From: Sphingomonadales bacterium
Lineage (GTDB): Bacteria; Pseudomonadota; Alphaproteobacteria; Sphingomonadales; Sphingomonadaceae
Assembly: GCA_017309275.1 (NCBI GenBank)
Contig: JAFKLT010000043.1
Span: 24,572 to 88,571, forward strand
Direction: 5' to 3'
DNA: 64,000 bases
Every line of letters starts with the position of its first letter. Positions within the stretch are counted from its first letter, which is position 1. The notes under the pieces were generated by a model, which saw only the letters and a list, made by a program, of their open reading frames with translations, did no database searches and was not told the origin of the DNA. This document shows positions 59,901 through 64,000 of the stretch, one piece after another. The position numbers and the translations under genes were made by a program.

Positions 59901-62900
59901 CCGACCAGAACGCGGTCATCGTGATCGACCTCGGCGTGTCGGGCAATGTCGCGACCGTCACCGCGACGCTGCAGTATAATTACGGCCTGCATCCCGACAC
60001 GACGATCGACGACATCGCCAACCTGGGCTCGATCACCGTCGTCGCGACCGACGCAGACGGCGACACGGCGGCCGGGACCGTCAATCTTTCGGTGTCCGAC
60101 GACATACCCTCGATCAGCGCGGCGGGTTCGGCGGCCGGTTTGCTGGTCGTCGACGAAACCGATCTCGCGACCAATGCGACGGCGAATTTCGCCAGCCTGT
60201 TCAACATGACGGTCGGCGCCGACATGGCGGGCAGCGGCGTGACCTACAGCTTCGAGGTGACGAACGCGTCCGGGCTGATCGACGTCGCGACGGGACAAAA
60301 GATCATATTGAACGCGGCCGGCAATGTCGTGGAGGGCCGCCTTCAAGGTTCGCCCTCCACCGTCGCGTTCCGGTTGACGGTCGGGGCCGACGGCATCGCG
60401 ACGCTCGACCAGATTCGCGCCGTTCGGCATCCCGATGCCTCGAACCCCAACGACAGCGTCACGCTTTCGCCGACGCTGATCCGGCTGACCGCGACCATCA
60501 CCGATGGCGACGGCGACCATGCGTCGGCAACCGCGCTGGTCGGCGCCGCATTGGTGTTCAAGGACGACGGGCCGTCGATCAGCGCCGCGAACGTCGACAC
60601 GAACAGCATCACCCTGACGACGCAGGATGCCGACACGCGCGGCGCGGCGTTCGACACGGCGACCGCCGATCTGTCGGGCGCCTTTTCGGTTTCGATGGTG
60701 CAATTCGGGGCGGACGGCCCGGCCGGTACGGGCCTGGCGACATGGTCCTATTCCCTGGCGCTGGGCTCGGCGGTCGCGACCACCGCCCTGTTCAGCAACG
60801 GCGTGCCGGTCACGCTGTCCCTCGTATCTGGCGAGATCGTGGGCAGCGCGGGCGGCACGCCTATTTTTTCCATCGCCGTGAACGCGGCGACCGGCATCGT
60901 CACGCTGACCCAGTTTGCCGAGATCGATCATCCGCTGCCGGGCTCGTCCGGCAATTATGCGGCGCAGCTCGTCACGCTCGCCGTCAATCTGGTCGAACTG
61001 CACGGCACCGCGACGATCGTCGACGGCGACGGCGATGCGATTTCGGCGACCGCGATCGTCGACCTGGGCGGCAATATCCGCTTCGCCGATGACGGCCCGT
61101 CGATATCCGCCGGCGGCACCGCACCGAACCTGGTCGTCGACGAAAGCAATTTCGCGGTCGACGCGACCGCCAATCTGTCGGGACTGTTTGCCGTGACGAC
61201 CGACTTCGGCGCCGATGGCCCGGGCAGCGTCGCCTACAAGCTGGGCGTGACGGCCGGCGCCAGCGGCCTGATCGACTCGCTGACGGGCGAAGCGGTGGTC
61301 CTGTCGATCACCGACGGCGTCATCTCTGGCCGCACCGCTACGCAGGAGGTGTTCCGCATCTCTGTGGACGCCGCGGGCGTCGTCACTTTCGACCAGTCGC
61401 GCGCGGTGATCCACAGTCCCGACAGCGGTCCCGATCAGATAATGTTCCTTTCGGGCAGCAACCTCATCACGCTGACCGCAATCGTCACCGACGGCGACGG
61501 CGACACCGCGCAAACGACCGCCGATATCAGCGGGCATTTCGCGATCCGCGACGATGCGCCGGTCGCGGTGCACGACGACGACAATGTTTCGCGCGATGGA
61601 CAGATTTTTGCCGACGGCAATGTGCTGACCGGGATCGGCGGAACCGACGAAAACGGCATGGACGGATCGCCCGACAGCGCGGGGAGCGACGGGGGGCTGC
61701 GCGTCGTCGGCGTGGCGTTCGGCGCGACGGTCGGGACGCTCGGCACCGCGCTGGCCGGCGCCCATGGCACGATCACGCTCGCCGTGGACGGCAGCTATCG
61801 TTACGATCTCGATCCCAATGATCCGGCGGTCATCGCGCTCGACTCCAACGAGACGCTGACCGAGACTTTTCAATATACCGTGCGCGATGCCGACGGCGAC
61901 GCATCGACCGCGACGATCACGATCAGCATCACCGGCGCGAACGACTTTCCCATCGCGCGCGCCGACACCAACTGGGTGCTCGACGGGCCGAGCGGGTCGG
62001 ACCCGAGCGCGACCGGCAATGTGCTGCAGAATATCGCCCACCCCGTCGCGCCCTTCGGCAGCTTTGCCGATGTCGCGGACAACGACCCCGACCTGGAGGC
62101 GATCACCGTCACCACGGCGGGCACCTATGTCGGGCTTTACGGCACGCTCGTGATCGCGGCCGACGGCGGCTACACCTATACGCTCGACGAGGACAAGGCG
62201 GCGGTGAACGCGCTCGACGCGGGCCAGACGCTGGTCGACAGCTTCGCCTATACGATCAGCGACGGTTCGCTGTCGGTCGGCTCGATGCTCAGCGTCACCG
62301 TCTTCGGAACGAACGACGCGCCCACGATCGGCACCGCGATCGCGCGCATCTCCGAAGAGGGGCTGGTCGGCGGGCTTCCCGACAATGCCCCGAACGCGAC
62401 GCTCGACACGACGAACAGCACGGCGGCCAGCGGCGTCCTGGCGATCGGCGACGCCGACGCGGGCGAAACGCTGACCGCGACGCTGGGCAATCCGGGGGCG
62501 GTGCTGACCGCGGGGGGCATTCCCGTCACCTGGACGGGGGTCGGCACCGGCACGCTGATCGGCTCGGCGGGCGGATCGGAGGTCATTCGCGTGACCCTCG
62601 CCGCCAACGGCGCCTATACCGTCACGCTGTCGCACGCGGTCGATCATCCGACCGTCGCGCTGGAGGATCTGAAGAACTTCTCGGTCCCGGTGTCGGTGTC
62701 CGACGGTACCGTGACGACGACCAGCGCGTCGGCGATCCAGATCGTGATCGAGGACGATGCGCCGACGGCGCAGGGCGAGACGGGTTCGTCGGCGCAGATT
62801 CAACAGGACGTCAACACGCTCTTCATCCTCGATTTCAGCGACAGCATCGACAGCGGAGAGCTCAACACGATGATCGGCGCGGTCCAGGGCGCGCTGACGC

Positions 62901-64000
62901 AGCTCGACAATGCCGCGTCGGGGGCGATGACCATTCGCTTCGTCATCTTTTCGTCGGGCTCCTTCGCCTCGCCCTCCTTTTCCAACGCGGCCGATGCGAA
63001 CGCCTATCTCACCTCGCTCAACCCGCTGGCGGGCGGCGAGCGGCCGTCGCAGGCGCTGCCGCCCGACGGGATCGGGCTCAACACCAACTATTCGGGCGCG
63101 ATTCAGACCGCGCTCGCCAATTTCACCGCGATCCCGGGGGCGAGCAACCAAGTCTTCTTCCTCAGCGACGGCAACCCGAACCAGCAGGTGCAGTTCGGCG
63201 GCGTTCCGCCCGGGGTTGTCAACTCGCTGACGGCCTCCACCGCCACCGCCTGGAACAGCTTCATCGACAATAACCACGTAAACGTCACCGCCATCGGCAT
63301 CGACAACAACCCGCTGCAGCCCCTCAACATCCAGCGGCTGCGCGACGTCGACCTGAACGATGCGCCGAACAACAATCCGATCCTGGTCGACGATTTCCAG
63401 GATCTGGTGGCGACGCTGCTGTCGGTGATCGTGCCGTCAGCGGTGGCGGGCGATCTGGACGCGAACGATGCCTTCGGCGCCGACGGCGGCCGCCTGCTCT
63501 CGATCACCATCGGCTCGACCACCTATACGTGGGACGGTGCATCGAGCATCGCGGTTTCCACCGGCGGCACGATTGCGGGAAGCGCGCTGAACGCGGTCAC
63601 GACGCCGATGGGCGGGACGCTGACGCTCGACTTCGCGACGGGCCAATATAACTACCAGCCGCCGAGCCCGATCACGGTCACCGCGACCGAGGTCTTTTCC
63701 TACGTCGTGACCGACCGCGACGGCGATACCGCGACCGCCAACCTGTCGGTGACGATCACGGCGCTGGCGCCGCCGATCGCGATGGACCTGGACGGTGACG
63801 GGGTCGAATTCTTGCCCGGCGCCGCCGGCGTCCGCTTCGACTATGATGGCGACGGCAAGCCCGAAAGCACCGCCTGGGTCGCGGCCGACGACGGGCTGCT
63901 CGCGATCGACAAGAATGGCGACGGCAAGATCAACGACGGATCCGAACTCGTCTTCGGCAAGGCCGGCGTGTCCGACCTGCAGGGACTGGCCGCGGCCTAT
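56978..64000 (+). CDS. Giant LapA-like T1SS adhesin (partial, >2341 aa): N-terminal retention-like module, VCBS/Ig-like and DUF5801-like repeats, vWA domain, C-terminal DLDGDG region
   Basis: ATG at 56978. The frame was open at every point I spot-checked, no ORF-track entry lies in this frame, and it reaches the window end (AGVSDLQGLAAAY). Motifs: PEPAAG..SSGGNF, repeated TDGDGD and DDAP, LTETFDY, FGADGPG, MIDAS DFSDS at 62831, FFLSDGNP, PIAMDLDGDGVEF. Confidence 0.9.
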   Translation, partial: MERRSIQQPAEAAGAAKAVPAGSTSIQPAGGVVQLPPGTRLDAIKLSGNDLIVTLPDGQVLVIIDGALQIPQVKIGPINIPAPTIAALIAGQEPEPAAGAPQSSGGNFEQTPGDIGSPFALGDLLPPTDFALPDREANELIPNAIDDEPEILITTPDQPAGATSATATVAEAALPPRGSEPAGSDPASTAEAISGTIQISALDQPSVVSVNGTVVTAIGQVIATPLGQITITSIAPDAIGYSYTLTDNSTDPNATDTVTVTVTDNDGDVATATLTLTITDDAPTARADTDDVADGTARGNVITGANTTSDVAGADTPGADGAVVSGVQVGSDGTFAPAGTAVNGQYGRLLIGADGTYVYIRAAGTPGGVSDVFTYRLTDGDGDTATATLTIRIPDSTPTLTVPSAGGEGTLVDEAGLPESDGGSPGSRAGDDSNATSGIIQYSAADGPAVITINGVQITGEGQEIQLDTGIFLVIAINPDSIEYAFVLTDNVIGDPASQPIMVGITDSDGDTISASFDIDILDDMPDARADTDSLTAGVDEAATGNVVTDAENDGGRDVPGADGATVTAISAGGENGTVGGATAGAYGALEIAADGSYRYVIDPENTEVQGLDGDEELTETFDYVLTDGDGDEVTATLTITIRGRDDGVTLTGLNPAGAEVTVAEASLSDGSNPDSVALTQTGSFSFDAADGIAALTIGGEPLFDGTVIPGLTIATALGILTITDFEPIFDAVGDVVGGTISYSYELIDNSLLHSGANGASLTESFAIQIVDSDGTTATASLDVQILDDNPVARSAPSITVAEDAPPISGNLLANDTRGADGAVVTSVTVGGVMVAVAATGTTSYTNANGTYSFQPNGAWTFDPVTKTSAFAVNADFTYTITDGDGDQSSALQQIRIADGTDPHASAPITLVVDDQNLETGSTPSVVQPVSASGQITFTAGSDAIASIGFGDLSTLDGGLSWTFESATQIIGWDADQNAVIVIDLGVSGNVATVTATLQYNYGLHPDTTIDDIANLGSITVVATDADGDTAAGTVNLSVSDDIPSISAAGSAAGLLVVDETDLATNATANFASLFNMTVGADMAGSGVTYSFEVTNASGLIDVATGQKIILNAAGNVVEGRLQGSPSTVAFRLTVGADGIATLDQIRAVRHPDASNPNDSVTLSPTLIRLTATITDGDGDHASATALVGAALVFKDDGPSISAANVDTNSITLTTQDADTRGAAFDTATADLSGAFSVSMVQFGADGPAGTGLATWSYSLALGSAVATTALFSNGVPVTLSLVSGEIVGSAGGTPIFSIAVNAATGIVTLTQFAEIDHPLPGSSGNYAAQLVTLAVNLVELHGTATIVDGDGDAISATAIVDLGGNIRFADDGPSISAGGTAPNLVVDESNFAVDATANLSGLFAVTTDFGADGPGSVAYKLGVTAGASGLIDSLTGEAVVLSITDGVISGRTATQEVFRISVDAAGVVTFDQSRAVIHSPDSGPDQIMFLSGSNLITLTAIVTDGDGDTAQTTADISGHFAIRDDAPVAVHDDDNVSRDGQIFADGNVLTGIGGTDENGMDGSPDSAGSDGGLRVVGVAFGATVGTLGTALAGAHGTITLAVDGSYRYDLDPNDPAVIALDSNETLTETFQYTVRDADGDASTATITISITGANDFPIARADTNWVLDGPSGSDPSATGNVLQNIAHPVAPFGSFADVADNDPDLEAITVTTAGTYVGLYGTLVIAADGGYTYTLDEDKAAVNALDAGQTLVDSFAYTISDGSLSVGSMLSVTVFGTNDAPTIGTAIARISEEGLVGGLPDNAPNATLDTTNSTAASGVLAIGDADAGETLTATLGNPGAVLTAGGIPVTWTGVGTGTLIGSAGGSEVIRVTLAANGAYTVTLSHAVDHPTVALEDLKNFSVPVSVSDGTVTTTSASAIQIVIEDDAPTAQGETGSSAQIQQDVNTLFILDFSDSIDSGELNTMIGAVQGALTQLDNAASGAMTIRFVIFSSGSFASPSFSNAADANAYLTSLNPLAGGERPSQALPPDGIGLNTNYSGAIQTALANFTAIPGASNQVFFLSDGNPNQQVQFGGVPPGVVNSLTASTATAWNSFIDNNHVNVTAIGIDNNPLQPLNIQRLRDVDLNDAPNNNPILVDDFQDLVATLLSVIVPSAVAGDLDANDAFGADGGRLLSITIGSTTYTWDGASSIAVSTGGTIAGSALNAVTTPMGGTLTLDFATGQYNYQPPSPITVTATEVFSYVVTDRDGDTATANLSVTITALAPPIAMDLDGDGVEFLPGAAGVRFDYDGDGKPESTAWVAADDGLLAIDKNGDGKINDGSELVFGKAGVSDLQGLAAAY

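Noticed and set aside
54042-63277. Very long minus-strand ORFs (54042-56360, 56990-59239, 59258-63277)
   Set aside because: Antisense shadows of the repeat-rich RTX and adhesin genes in high-GC DNA; the real genes on the plus strand have clear motifs.
44837-64000. Accessory locus as a mobile element or prophage
   Set aside because: No integrase, transposase, tRNA or att-like repeats are visible in the window.
54024-64000. Nucleotide repeats as a CRISPR array
   Set aside because: They are in-frame, degenerate coding repeats without unique spacers, and no cas genes are present.

Overview
High-GC alphaproteobacterial chromosome segment; gene content and order suggest Sphingomonadales, Sphingopyxis-like (inference). 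Positions 1-44 kb are mostly core or metabolic genes: glcB, a GGDEF gene, an M20 hydrolase-astA-astB operon, an MFS transporter, a DEAD-box helicase, glpK, rpmE, the conserved rpsB-tsf-pyrH-frr-uppS-cdsA-dxr-rseP-bamA-skp-fabZ cluster, psd-pssA, icd, a KefC-like antiporter, an M16 peptidase, and an amidohydrolase/M19 dipeptidase/ornithine-cyclodeaminase-family operon. Positions 44.8-64 kb are an accessory cell-surface locus: an XRE regulator, a second BamA-like barrel with no recognisable POTRA domains lying directly behind a LuxR-type regulator/PrtD-type ABC/HlyD operon, a divergent TolC, an almost pure RTX beta-roll protein, a 150-bp block of about 16% GC, and a giant (>2341 aa, runs off the window, missing from the ORF track) LapA-like adhesin with a PAAG motif and a vWA domain. 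A motif TGTCCCCA-N4-GGAAT lies upstream of three genes of this locus, and two of the copies extend into a ~60-bp element of ~75% identity. This suggests a co-regulated adhesion/secretion system and is my best candidate for an undescribed system. I saw no CRISPR array, tRNA, rRNA or transposase. All assignments come from reading motifs by eye; no database search was run.
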